Virus record (IMG/VR): IMGVR_UViG_3300027533_000012
Span: 1-41,190 of that record
From: a virus
Length of the DNA stretch: 41,190 bases
Direction: 5' to 3' (one strand)
Part shown: positions 1 through 9,179 of the stretch, one piece after another
Numbering within the stretch: the first letter of the stretch is position 1
Layout: each line of letters opens with the position of its first letter
Program-made: the position numbers and the translations under genes
Notes under the pieces: model-generated
Told to the model about the DNA's origin: nothing
Seen by the model: the letters and a program-made list of their open reading frames with translations, nothing else
The model's database searches: none

Positions 1-127
1 CCGGATAGGCCGAGATGACCGGCGACCCGGCCAACTGCGTAGGCGCCCCGGTCGTCGTGACCGTGCAGAACTTCGTATCGAAGGTGTCACCAAGCCGGAA
101 GTCGCCAATGTATGCCATTAGTTCGCC
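1..127. repeat. terminal direct repeat, left copy (exact copy of 41064..41190)
   Basis: Read directly: bases 1-127 are identical to the last 127 bases. This fits a circular or terminally redundant genome of 41063 bp written with an assembler overlap. Confidence 0.95.
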
Positions 128-1389
128 ACCACAAGACGATTCCGAGCCATACCCATCAGCGCACCCCATCCCGCCGAGGCCGCAATATCACTCATCGTCC
201 ACGGCACGCCCATCGATTCCCCCGTCGTCGTGGTATAGCCCCACAACCCACCGCGCGTGCCGGTCGTAATCGACGAGTCCGTGACGGAGTTCTTCGCCAC
301 GCCGTTGAAACTGTCACTGAGCGACGTCCCATTACTCGTCTGCCGAACCGTATCGGGAATCGAAATCGTGACGCCGACGGTCGCCAGGTCCGTCTCTGTG
401 CCCGTGACGACCTTCGACAGTCGCAACTCGTTCACGATACCCACGAGACGCGACATGTAATGCGTCTGCGCCGAGATTGAAAAGCGCGTGCAGGGCCCCC
501 ACTGGTTATTGTTCGACCCTGGACTCGTCATCACGACGACGTCCGTCTCCGCGTAGTGGTCCGTGCCGGAAACGTCGGCTTCGGCGCGGCAGGAGGCGTT
601 CCCGCCAAAGACCGTATCTAACACGGAGCACCGCTGCGTATCCGTGGCGAAGACCGTGGAAACGGTCGAGTTGTTGAACAATTGATTCCAGGTATAGACC
701 GGGCCAAGGACCGGACTATTCGACTGGTTGAACGTCTCCAGCAGCGTCGTCGCAGGGTCTAGTGGCTGTTCGCGTGGCAAGTCATCTGGCACGAACCGCG
801 CGAAGTCACTCTCTTTAAACTTGAACTTCCGCAGCCAGTAACCGAGCGCCTTGCGGTAGAAACCCGACGGCAGGCGTCCGAGCAGTGTGTCGGCGCGCAA
901 CTGTCGATACATCGCCCGTATCTGCGCTTGCACCAGCGGCCACTCTGGACCACCGATGTCAAACGGCTTCCGGCGCACCTGCCCGCCGAGATGAATCTCG
1001 AACTGCAACGTCTGAGACGTCGGCAGAAGCGGTCCACAACACCGCGTCTGGTCAATATCGCCTTGCAGCGTGAACAGTTCGTGCAGCACGTCCCCGAGGC
1101 GCGTAGACGTCAGCGGATTCGGCGCATTAAAGGCATTCCGCAACCGGAGTCGATGGGCGGCGGAGATCGTCTCGTCGAGGTCCGTGGCCACCTGCACGGA
1201 TCCAGTCGGATTCGGAGCCGCATCATCGACGGCCATGATGGCATTCGTGGTGGACTGGGCCTGCGCGCCACACTCACTCAGTGGGCGAAAGTCAATCGAG
1301 GAGAACACCCCCACGGGCAGACAATGCGCGGCACGCATCCCTGGAAACGGTGCGCGAAACTCATAAGTCTGGAGGACGTATTTCGCCAT
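118..1389 (-). CDS. virion-module protein of unknown function (possible tail accessory or receptor-binding protein)
   Basis: 423-aa ORF with GC-rich third positions. Its TAA stop overlaps the ATG of the fibre gene (TAATG at 116-120, repeated at 41179-41183 across the junction). The C-terminal third is Ser/Thr/Gly-rich. I cannot name any motif. Confidence 0.45.
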   Translation of the reverse strand: MAKYVLQTYEFRAPFPGMRAAHCLPVGVFSSIDFRPLSECGAQAQSTTNAIMAVDDAAPNPTGSVQVATDLDETISAAHRLRLRNAFNAPNPLTSTRLGDVLHELFTLQGDIDQTRCCGPLLPTSQTLQFEIHLGGQVRRKPFDIGGPEWPLVQAQIRAMYRQLRADTLLGRLPSGFYRKALGYWLRKFKFKESDFARFVPDDLPREQPLDPATTLLETFNQSNSPVLGPVYTWNQLFNNSTVSTVFATDTQRCSVLDTVFGGNASCRAEADVSGTDHYAETDVVVMTSPGSNNNQWGPCTRFSISAQTHYMSRLVGIVNELRLSKVVTGTETDLATVGVTISIPDTVRQTSNGTSLSDSFNGVAKNSVTDSSITTGTRGGLWGYTTTTGESMGVPWTMSDIAASAGWGALMGMARNRLVVAN

Positions 1390-2022
1390 CTACTTCACGA
1401 CGACACCGCTCGACAGCGGCGGAAGCACGTTCACCGTAGACCCCTTCGCCGGAGGCGCAGGCGCCACGGAGGCGGGACAATCGAGCGTCAGCTTATAATG
1501 CCCATTGGCGTAGACCGTCGTCGCGCTGGCAGCCACGCAGGCCACGCCCTGCGGTGTCGGCATCGGCGCCAACTGCGCGAAGCCCTTCTGTATCTGCATC
1601 TGCATCACCGACAGCACCGCCAGAATATCCTGATGGTCGCCCGTCGGTGGTCGCGGCGGCACCGGCTCAGACCCGGGCACCACATTGAACGCCCGAATCG
1701 CGGCCGACGTCCCATCGCTCACGGTCACGGAGTAGCCCGTCGAGACCGTCACCGTCGGCAACGGCATCACCGCGATCCAGTGGTCATTCCCGGACTTCGT
1801 GAGCGGAGACGTGGCGACCGGCTCGAGCACGCCAGCCTTGTTCAGATTCGCGGTCAGGCTCGTCACAGGGACAGAGACGGTCACATCGACCGACAACACG
1901 CCCATCAGATTCGCGCCGGTGGACGGAGACACAATCGTAATGACCACGCCGCCTCCATTGTTCTGAGCGCCCACGAACACGACCGCGAACAGCAGAAAGA
2001 GCCACGCCAGTAGGAACTTCAT
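1390..2022 (-). CDS. secreted protein with N-terminal signal peptide, beta-rich body
   Basis: 210-aa ORF. The N-terminus MKFLLAWLFLLFAVVFVGAQ has a basic residue, a hydrophobic core and a small-residue cleavage context. The body is rich in Val/Thr/Ser. It abuts the next gene with no gap. Confidence 0.6.
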   Translation of the reverse strand: MKFLLAWLFLLFAVVFVGAQNNGGGVVITIVSPSTGANLMGVLSVDVTVSVPVTSLTANLNKAGVLEPVATSPLTKSGNDHWIAVMPLPTVTVSTGYSVTVSDGTSAAIRAFNVVPGSEPVPPRPPTGDHQDILAVLSVMQMQIQKGFAQLAPMPTPQGVACVAASATTVYANGHYKLTLDCPASVAPAPPAKGSTVNVLPPLSSGVVVK

Positions 2023-2357
2023 CCCGCGACCTTTCTGAGCTTGCGCTCACGATTCCGATGCGCCTTCGCCCGCCAGTGCAACTGCTTATTGCTATACCCG
2101 CACCGGACACAGACCCCGACTTCACTCCACCGATGGTGCCGATACCCATCCGCACACATCGGCGTCGAATCGGTCGGGCCCGTCGTCCACGTCGCAGGCA
2201 ATTCGTCTTGCTCCATCGCCAGCCGAATCATCGCCGTATCCGCGAACTGACACGCCCGAGAGACGACCGAGAGCGCCGTGGCTTTCGGAGCGACCTGAAT
2301 CAGCGCCGGCAGCGAGGCGAGAAAGACCCGCTCCCACCAGTCCGGCTTCTCAGGCAC
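2019..2357 (-). CDS. hypothetical protein with CxxC and basic C-terminus
   Basis: 112-aa ORF with a 4-nt overlap on the downstream gene. Contains CVRCG and the basic tail HRNRERKLRK. Confidence 0.5.
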   Translation of the reverse strand: MPEKPDWWERVFLASLPALIQVAPKATALSVVSRACQFADTAMIRLAMEQDELPATWTTGPTDSTPMCADGYRHHRWSEVGVCVRCGYSNKQLHWRAKAHRNRERKLRKVAG

Positions 2358-2360
2358 CGA

Positions 2361-2858
2361 CTAGTCCACGCTTTCGACCTTCTTCGGACGACCCGGCCGG
2401 CGCTTCACTTCGACGTCCAGCACATGATCCAGACCGGCCTCGTCGTTCGCCGCCTGGAGCTCGGCCTTGGCCGCGGCACTCATCCGGCGATTGTCATGCG
2501 CGAGATACGCGGCCGCGTTGGCCGTCTCCTCGAGCGCCTTCAGCGCCTGACCCGGCGTCGGGTGGTAGCCGTTCGACAGCGCCACCTTGTGCTCACGCTC
2601 GTCGTTCACCGTGAGCGTGGTGCGGACCTTCATGGTCTGCGGCGGCTGTCCCGGAGGCCCCGGAATCTCCCACTCGTCCTGACCACAGACGTCCTTGCCG
2701 TTTGGCAACGTCGCGGCCTTGTAGACCATTTTGGGATACGGCACGTAGCCGACGGCGTTCATCCCCGGCACACCGAACTCGTCGAACTGATTCTTCGGAC
2801 GATTCCAGCGGGCTTGTTCCTTGCCCAAGTCGGAGTCGGGCGTGATGATAATCGGCAT
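2361..2858 (-). CDS. hypothetical protein with C-terminal AT-hook-like motif
   Basis: 165-aa ORF. The C-terminal KRRPGRPKK matches the GRP-core AT-hook pattern. Confidence 0.5.
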   Translation of the reverse strand: MPIIITPDSDLGKEQARWNRPKNQFDEFGVPGMNAVGYVPYPKMVYKAATLPNGKDVCGQDEWEIPGPPGQPPQTMKVRTTLTVNDEREHKVALSNGYHPTPGQALKALEETANAAAYLAHDNRRMSAAAKAELQAANDEAGLDHVLDVEVKRRPGRPKKVESVD

Positions 2859-2866
2859 TCTCGCTC

Positions 2867-3151
2867 CTAGATGTTACGCAACGCGACCATCAGCGTGGCC
2901 GTCGTGGTCCCGCTGTTCACGCGCTTGACTTGAATCGGCAGAATCTCTCCGGCGACCGCCGTGAACTGCGCCGTGCTGCCATTCTGAAAGACGCCGACGA
3001 CAATCCCGGCGCCCCCGACGTAGACCGCTTCGGTCAACTGCGCCGGCACGCCCTTCGTCGCATCGCCATCCGAATCGGCGTAGATGTTGACGGTGTCGGA
3101 CTTCGTGATCGCCAACGCTGAATTGAACGACTGCAAGACTCCTGCGGCCAC
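2867..3151 (-). CDS. small virion-module protein
   Basis: 94-aa ORF, beta-rich, tightly packed between the glycosyltransferase gene and the 165-aa ORF. Confidence 0.5.
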   Translation of the reverse strand: MAAGVLQSFNSALAITKSDTVNIYADSDGDATKGVPAQLTEAVYVGGAGIVVGVFQNGSTAQFTAVAGEILPIQVKRVNSGTTTATLMVALRNI

Positions 3152-3152
3152 G

Positions 3153-3935
3153 TTAGACCTCCACCATCTGCGGACCCGCCGTGACGCTCACGCGCGGCGC
3201 CGGGACGGACGCCGGTAGTGGCTGATCCGTCCAGTTGACGGCCATGATGGGCTCGTAGTCGCGCGCAAACACCGTCGCCCACTGCCCATCGTGAAACTGC
3301 GGCCACACCGCGAACGTCGCCATATGGCCAAATCGGATATTCGGGTCGCCCCAGACGTCAATCCCAGCCCGCTTCGCCGCTTGGTAGAACGCGATGTCCT
3401 CCCAGACCTCATCCACGGGGCCTTCTTGCCCTGTCGTGAACCACGGACCCGGCAATGTCTCAAACACGTCCATGCGCGTCAGGACGCCACCCATCGTGCC
3501 CGAGACCAGCGGCACGAGGCCATTCGACGCGACCGGCGGCACCGTCGTGACGACATTCCACCCCGCGCCGGCGCCGAACTGCTGCGACCAGATGGGGAAG
3601 AACCGATCCGACCCTTCCACCGTCCGACGAAACAGCGTCAACCCGATGACAATCGATTCGGGATGCTCCAGAAACTTCAGGAGCGTGTTCGGCATACACA
3701 GCTGGTCATCGTCCAGCCAGAGCAGCCACTGGCATCCCTGCTGCTTCGCCAACAGCACCGCTTGATTCCGAGCCGCGGCAATCGACGGGTTCGCCGACCG
3801 GATGAGGCTGACGCCCCCCGGCTGATTCCACATCAGACCGGGAGGCAATCTGAGCCCATACACCGATTCCCAAAACGCCGTAAACCGGGCATTGTCCCGA
3901 CAACACACGACAACCGCACCGGTAAACTGCGTCAC
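3153..3935 (-). CDS. GT-A fold (family-2-like) glycosyltransferase
   Basis: 260 aa with a GTG start preceded by GGAGA. Motifs read by eye: VVVCCRDN first strand, AARNQAVLLAKQQGCQWLLWLDDDQ (DxD motif) and WEDIAFYQAAKRAG (ED motif). Confidence 0.7.
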   Translation of the reverse strand: MTQFTGAVVVCCRDNARFTAFWESVYGLRLPPGLMWNQPGGVSLIRSANPSIAAARNQAVLLAKQQGCQWLLWLDDDQLCMPNTLLKFLEHPESIVIGLTLFRRTVEGSDRFFPIWSQQFGAGAGWNVVTTVPPVASNGLVPLVSGTMGGVLTRMDVFETLPGPWFTTGQEGPVDEVWEDIAFYQAAKRAGIDVWGDPNIRFGHMATFAVWPQFHDGQWATVFARDYEPIMAVNWTDQPLPASVPAPRVSVTAGPQMVEV

Positions 3936-3945
3936 AGGGTCTCCG

Positions 3946-4548
3946 TTAGCCGAGCGTGACGTTCTTCGTCACGAGCGTGATCCACTTGCCGTTGTTCGCC
4001 ACGACCTGGAGGGCATCCCCGATACCGCCGCCGAATGTGGCGATGTCGAACGACGCGCCCGAGCCGTTGAAGCCCGAGCCGGCCGAGTTCGACACCGTAT
4101 GCGCGGCCGCGGTCTGCGCGACCACCGTCAGCACGATGCCGTTCTGCGTCACGGTCGGGTCCGCCAGCGTCATCGCCGCGGCCGTGGCCTTGGTGATGTC
4201 CACGACGGTGTTCTTGTCCGGCAGCGTGATGGCGCCGGAGACGGAATAGCTCACGAACCCGTCATTCATCGGCGGGACCGCCACGAACGTGCCAGGCGTG
4301 ACCGGCGGCATGTCCGAGTAGAGCCCCGTCGAGAGCGGCGCCAGCGCGTTATGAGCGACCGCCGCCGTGCCATCGATGCCCCGTCGCAGGAGGCTGACCG
4401 CGGTCCCGGCAATCGCCGTGATCGGGCCCATGAACTCCTGTTCGATCTTGATGGGACGACCCACCGCGAACGAACTGGTCGACGTGACGTTGATCGTGAG
4501 GTCTGTGGCGGTGCAAGCCGCCGACAGTGAGGTATTGGTCAGAGCCAT
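3946..4548 (-). CDS. structural protein directly downstream of the capsid gene (possible decoration or capsid-associated protein)
   Basis: 200-aa Thr/Ala/Val-rich ORF preceded by GGAG. The call rests on position only. Confidence 0.35.
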   Translation of the reverse strand: MALTNTSLSAACTATDLTINVTSTSSFAVGRPIKIEQEFMGPITAIAGTAVSLLRRGIDGTAAVAHNALAPLSTGLYSDMPPVTPGTFVAVPPMNDGFVSYSVSGAITLPDKNTVVDITKATAAAMTLADPTVTQNGIVLTVVAQTAAAHTVSNSAGSGFNGSGASFDIATFGGGIGDALQVVANNGKWITLVTKNVTLG

Positions 4549-4560
4549 GTGCGTCTACTC

Positions 4561-5790
4561 CTAGCCGACCACGCGGCAGGCCAATTCGGGCCGCAGGGTG
4601 GCCCACCCGTAGAGAATGTCAAACCGACTCGCGTTCTGGTCGGTCTGAATGTTGTATTGCTGCACGTAGCGCAGCGACAAGCCCAGCGTCTTCGAGCGCA
4701 CGCTCGAGGTCGTCGCCCCACCGTTCGGCTTCGCCAGGTCCGCCGTCACCGCGACAAACGCATCGGGATGGAACAGCAGCGACTGCGGCGTGACCGTCGT
4801 CGCCAACGTGCCACCCGCCGCGACCGCCGACCAGACCGTGATGGCCGAGTCGTCCGCTGCCGAGTTCGTCACCGTCTGGAACTGCCCCGACGTGATGATG
4901 GACGGCGAAATCGAAATGGTCATCGCGCCCGTCGTGTCGTTGATGTTCGCCAGCACCGTGAACTGCTGCAGCTGGCCCGTGCTCTGATAGCTCACCGGGT
5001 TGACCGCGTAGACGCCGGCGATGGTGAAGATGTCGCCCTTCTTCAAGGACGACGCACCCGAGGCCCAGCCGTCCGTGATGAGGCTCGAGCCGGTCTGCGT
5101 GGCGCCGTTCGTGAGCGGCGTCGAGGCCGTGAACGTGCCGGTTGTGTGCTGGTAGACGTTCTGGTCCTGATACCAGTCGTCGACCATCAGCGCGCGTTCG
5201 CCGAACTGGCCATCGCGCCAGATCGTGCCCTGCGCCCCCTGCGGATTGAAGATGGTGAAGTTGGCATTCGCCAGCGTCACCGCCATCAGCGGGTCGAGGA
5301 CGGCGCAGCGGTCCACCATCGGGGCCGCAAACTTCGTCATCTTCGCGCCGGCCTGCAAGTAGGTCAGGTTCGACGTCGGGGTCGTGCCCGGCGTGCCGAC
5401 GCTGTTGTAAACATCGGGATAGACCGTCGAGAGGCCATCCGCGTCCACCACGTTACCCAGCGCGATACCCGCGGGTTCGACGTAGCGGCTGCGGACGTCT
5501 TCGATGTCGGTCGTCTCGGTCGCCGTGCTCCATGACGTGCCGACCTGCCGCTGATGCGTCAGCGAAATCGGGACGTAGGAGTCCTGAATGGCCTGCACCT
5601 GGAGTGCCTGCCCTTCGTTGGCGACGAACCGCTGCGGGAGGCGTGCCTTGACGGTCGCGCCCACTTTGGCGCCGCCCTGCACGTATTGGTCGTCGTAGCT
5701 GCGATTGACGTTCGGGAAGAACTTGCACGAGTTCATCAACTTCCGTGCAGTCTCCTTCGTGATCCAGTCAGGAGTGATCAGGCTGTTCAT
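4561..5790 (-). CDS. major capsid protein, P22 gp5 coat-like
   Basis: 409 aa. The N-terminal ITKETARKLMNSCKFFPNVNRSYDDQYVQGGAKVGATVKARLPQRF resembles the conserved start of P22-type coat proteins. The gene follows the scaffold gene. Confidence 0.8.
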   Translation of the reverse strand: MNSLITPDWITKETARKLMNSCKFFPNVNRSYDDQYVQGGAKVGATVKARLPQRFVANEGQALQVQAIQDSYVPISLTHQRQVGTSWSTATETTDIEDVRSRYVEPAGIALGNVVDADGLSTVYPDVYNSVGTPGTTPTSNLTYLQAGAKMTKFAAPMVDRCAVLDPLMAVTLANANFTIFNPQGAQGTIWRDGQFGERALMVDDWYQDQNVYQHTTGTFTASTPLTNGATQTGSSLITDGWASGASSLKKGDIFTIAGVYAVNPVSYQSTGQLQQFTVLANINDTTGAMTISISPSIITSGQFQTVTNSAADDSAITVWSAVAAGGTLATTVTPQSLLFHPDAFVAVTADLAKPNGGATTSSVRSKTLGLSLRYVQQYNIQTDQNASRFDILYGWATLRPELACRVVG

Positions 5791-5805
5791 GGCCGAGGCC
5801 CTTGG

Positions 5806-6795
5806 TTAGGCCCGTCGGCGGCGCTTCCCCTCGTCTTTGGCGTTGTAGTAGCGGATATGGTCATCCAGGCTACTTGAAGCCGGGTCGGGGGGACCGTCGT
5901 CACGGGCAGGGCGTCCCGTCCGCACGGGAGTGAGCGGACGTGGCGCAGACGAACGACCCGTAGGCACCGCTGATCCCGTTGGAGCAGCAGACGATACCCG
6001 CGACTGTAGCAACCGGCTCACTGCGGCGATTGACTGAGCGTCAACAGGCGTGTTCTGTGTGGACAACGCCAGACTCAGGGCTTCGTCGAGGTTCTTGCCG
6101 AGGTAATAGGCCAATGCGGGTCCAGACTCGTGAGAGTCGAGGACCGCACGCATGACCGAACTGATACGGAGGTCGGGATTGAACACGACCTCTTGGAAGT
6201 CTTCATGGTCCCGTTCAAACGACGTGACCCGTGCGGCGAGGGCTTCCTGCGCTTTGGCGTGTTCCGCCTTCTGCTTCTCGGCGTGGATGGCCTGTTCGCG
6301 CTTCGTGAGCGCCGTCTCGGCCTTCCAATCCGCCATCGCTTCAATCCACGCGCCGAGCGGGTCCGACTCGCCTTGGAACTGCTCAAAGGTCGGCTTGCCT
6401 GAAGGCTCAACAGACGCCGGTGAAGCCGCCTGCCCGGAGACTGCGCTTGGAGTCGCAGTGACTGGAGCGGCCACCGGTGCCGGCTGAGTCTTCAGACGAG
6501 CCGTCAGCGTGTTGACCCGGTGCCGGAGTTCCCGCACCGCATCTTTCCGAGACGCCTTCGTAAACTGTCCGGTCTTGAGACTCCGAAAGCCCCATTCGCC
6601 GTCTGCGTCCTGCTCGGGTTCGGCCTCCGCTGACGAAGCAGGCGTCTCGGTGGACGTGGGCGCCTCGTCAGCGGCAGGGAGTGGGGCCGAGTCCTGAGCC
6701 TGCGCTGTCTCAATCTCCGGCGCCGCCTTCACCGCGGCAGGAGCGTCGCCGTCGGCTGTGAATGCGCTGGTATCGTTCTGGATCGGTGCCGCCAT
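5806..6795 (-). CDS. scaffolding protein
   Basis: 329 aa with an acidic low-complexity N-terminus, a charged helical centre (AEKQKAEHAKAQEALAARV) and a basic end (KRRRRA). It lies between the portal and coat genes. Confidence 0.6.
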   Translation of the reverse strand: MAAPIQNDTSAFTADGDAPAAVKAAPEIETAQAQDSAPLPAADEAPTSTETPASSAEAEPEQDADGEWGFRSLKTGQFTKASRKDAVRELRHRVNTLTARLKTQPAPVAAPVTATPSAVSGQAASPASVEPSGKPTFEQFQGESDPLGAWIEAMADWKAETALTKREQAIHAEKQKAEHAKAQEALAARVTSFERDHEDFQEVVFNPDLRISSVMRAVLDSHESGPALAYYLGKNLDEALSLALSTQNTPVDAQSIAAVSRLLQSRVSSAAPTGSAVPTGRSSAPRPLTPVRTGRPARDDGPPDPASSSLDDHIRYYNAKDEGKRRRRA

Positions 6796-9047
6796 CAGGA
6801 TTGGTCGCTATTCTGCGCCGATTGCGCCTGTTCTGCAAGGGTCTGCTCATGCTGCCGGCCCATTTCAGCCTCGGATGACTGCAACACCCGGTCCTGTTCA
6901 CGCTGCGCAGCATCAAACTCCCGCCCCGCTTCCGCATGTCCGACCTCGAGCGCCGCATCCGTCTCCGCCATCGCCCGCTGATGCGCCTGTTCCTTCGTCT
7001 GGTGGATGCCTTCCCGTGTCGCCGCCAACGCTTCCTTCAGAATCAGCGTCTGCTGCTCCATCTGGGCCTGCATCGACGCAATGGCGAGCTTGACCTGGTT
7101 GTCGCGGGCGTCCATGCGCTCATCGGCGGCAATCTTCATCTGCTGAATCATCGCTTGCGACTGCGCCTTGACCTGCTCGGTCTGGATGAACTGGGTCTTC
7201 GCTTCGAGTTCCTTCGCCATCGCCTGATTCTGCTGCCCGAGCGCCTGCATCTGCGCCTGCACCTGTGGCGGAATCGGCTGCTGTCCTTGCTCCTTCGCGT
7301 CCAACTGCTGGAGTATCTGCGGCGGGAGCATCATCCGGGCGCGCTCTTTCATCTGCTGCGACCCCGGCCAATCCTGCGCGGCAAAGAACAAGTCCGCATA
7401 CGCGGGGAACAGCCCCGGCTGCGACGTCAGAATCTCGCCCATCGACGCTGATTCCTGCTCTCGCCGCGTGTCATACGCCTTCCCAACCTTGACCGCAATC
7501 GTCCAGTCCGTATCCGGCGTGAGCTTGTAGGTCGTCGCATTCGGCGCCCCCGGCGGCGCGACCATAGGACGGCCCTTCTGCATCACGAACGGCTGACCAA
7601 TCATCACGGTTTCCGGGTCCGTGTCACCCTTGATGATTTGCGCGAGACGGCCCTGCCGGTCGTAAATCTTCGGCAGCAGGTCATTCACGATCCGGCCTTC
7701 ATACGTCATAGACCGGGCCATGTTGTGCAGATAGTCGCTGGTCCCGTGCTCGGTCTGCTTCTGCAAGGCCAGAATTGCGCGTCCGCTCTTGATGGTCGGG
7801 TCCACTTCCCCGAGGCTCGAGGATGGGATGCCCGTCGTATCGTGGATGCCCTGAGAGAACTGCCCAATCGCCATCGCAATCGCCTGAATCGGCGGCTCGA
7901 CGGACTGGCGCATCGGCGGCGGCAACGTCTCGCCTGAGACGGTCGTCGGCTTGTATTGCAGATACGGGATGTTCCGGCTGTTCGCCAGCTGAAACTCCAT
8001 CTCGTGCCCTTCGAACTGCCCCTCAGCCCCGACCCACGGCGCCCGCGGTGCCAGCCCGATGGATTCCACCATTGCGGACACCATGTAATTGAACCCGCGC
8101 TGGGAGTCCATCGACGTCTCGACCATGCCAATCTCGCGGCGGTCCCCGTCGAACGGCTGCAACTCCTCTCCTACGACCTTCACGATGGGAATGAACCGCC
8201 CCGGCCAGTCCGTCTCGTCGAGCACTTCCTGCCCGTTGATCTTGGCCCACTTGATGGTCCGCTCGGTCGTGTCCCGGCCGCTCTCGGTCTTGATGGGTTT
8301 CAGGACCTCGTAGAAATACTCGGCCACGCGGACGAACTTGACCTTCTCTGTCTCCCGAAACCACGGCGAGGCGTCCTGCATCAGCGTCCGCCAGTCGGCG
8401 TCATCGCTGTAGCGCGTGGCGACCTGCGACTCAGGAAACTCCGATTTGAAAGCCTCAAAGGACATGTCCGTGAACACGAACGCCCACCGCGCATCGGACC
8501 CGTCCGGTTCTTCATGCGCCGGGTCCAGCATCACGTTCGCCTGATTCCAGATGCGCTGGATGACAATCTCCTGGTCATCCGACTTCGGCGACACATACTG
8601 CGTCGAGACACGCCAGAAGCCGCGGCCAGCGATGACGGCCCGAGAGAAGCCCCACGAGCGCGCCGACTGCGCGTGCGAATGCCGCTGGATGCGCCGGATG
8701 AGCCCTTCCCGTAGCTCAATCTCCTCGTCGCTGATGGGCTGCACGCCCTCCAGCCCGAAGTCATCCGCCGGGACGAGTTCGACACCCATGTCGGCATTGC
8801 GCTCCTGATTGAGCACCTGCCGCACGGGCTGCTTGATTTTATTGATGGTCAGACACGGCCGCGGCGGGACGGGAGGCAGACGGTTGCTCGACTGCTGCCC
8901 TGAGCGGTCAGCCCGGACATCGGCCGGCCACTGGTCATCCTCGTAAAACTTCAGCGCCTCTAACTCGCGCTTCCGCTGTGCGGCTTCAGCTTCGGCCGCT
9001 TGGTCGAATCGAGCGCGGGCGAGGACGACTAGCGGGGATTCAGCCAC
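6795..9047 (-). CDS. portal protein with long C-terminal helical barrel (P22-like)
   Basis: 750 aa with a GTG start, located between the terminase and scaffold genes. The last ~190 aa are Gln/Ala/Glu-rich and predicted to be a continuous helix, as in the P22 portal barrel. Confidence 0.8.
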   Translation of the reverse strand: MAESPLVVLARARFDQAAEAEAAQRKRELEALKFYEDDQWPADVRADRSGQQSSNRLPPVPPRPCLTINKIKQPVRQVLNQERNADMGVELVPADDFGLEGVQPISDEEIELREGLIRRIQRHSHAQSARSWGFSRAVIAGRGFWRVSTQYVSPKSDDQEIVIQRIWNQANVMLDPAHEEPDGSDARWAFVFTDMSFEAFKSEFPESQVATRYSDDADWRTLMQDASPWFRETEKVKFVRVAEYFYEVLKPIKTESGRDTTERTIKWAKINGQEVLDETDWPGRFIPIVKVVGEELQPFDGDRREIGMVETSMDSQRGFNYMVSAMVESIGLAPRAPWVGAEGQFEGHEMEFQLANSRNIPYLQYKPTTVSGETLPPPMRQSVEPPIQAIAMAIGQFSQGIHDTTGIPSSSLGEVDPTIKSGRAILALQKQTEHGTSDYLHNMARSMTYEGRIVNDLLPKIYDRQGRLAQIIKGDTDPETVMIGQPFVMQKGRPMVAPPGAPNATTYKLTPDTDWTIAVKVGKAYDTRREQESASMGEILTSQPGLFPAYADLFFAAQDWPGSQQMKERARMMLPPQILQQLDAKEQGQQPIPPQVQAQMQALGQQNQAMAKELEAKTQFIQTEQVKAQSQAMIQQMKIAADERMDARDNQVKLAIASMQAQMEQQTLILKEALAATREGIHQTKEQAHQRAMAETDAALEVGHAEAGREFDAAQREQDRVLQSSEAEMGRQHEQTLAEQAQSAQNSDQS

Positions 9048-9179
9048 GGCGAGAGGCGATGCGCGCGCCTAAGTCGGTCCGCACCTGGGACAGTGCCGAC
9101 CATACGCGAGAGACGTCGTGCCGTCTCTGCGTGCTCCCCAGCGCCCAAACGCGGCACATCGCGGGACAGGATAACACGG

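Noticed and set aside
1-127. The terminal repeat as a mobile-element inverted or direct repeat
   Set aside because: It is simply the same genomic segment, containing a gene start and a gene stop, written at both ends of a circular sequence.
928-2013. Long antisense or alternative-frame ORFs from the track (for example 928..2013 +, 16030..17049 -, 17724..19127 -, 28232..29779 +, 12859..13692 -, 3291..3959 +)
   Set aside because: They translate to Arg/Pro/Gly/His-rich low-complexity sequence. They lack GC3 bias and lie opposite or out of frame to ORFs with clear motifs. This is the typical stop-codon-poor artefact of GC-rich DNA.
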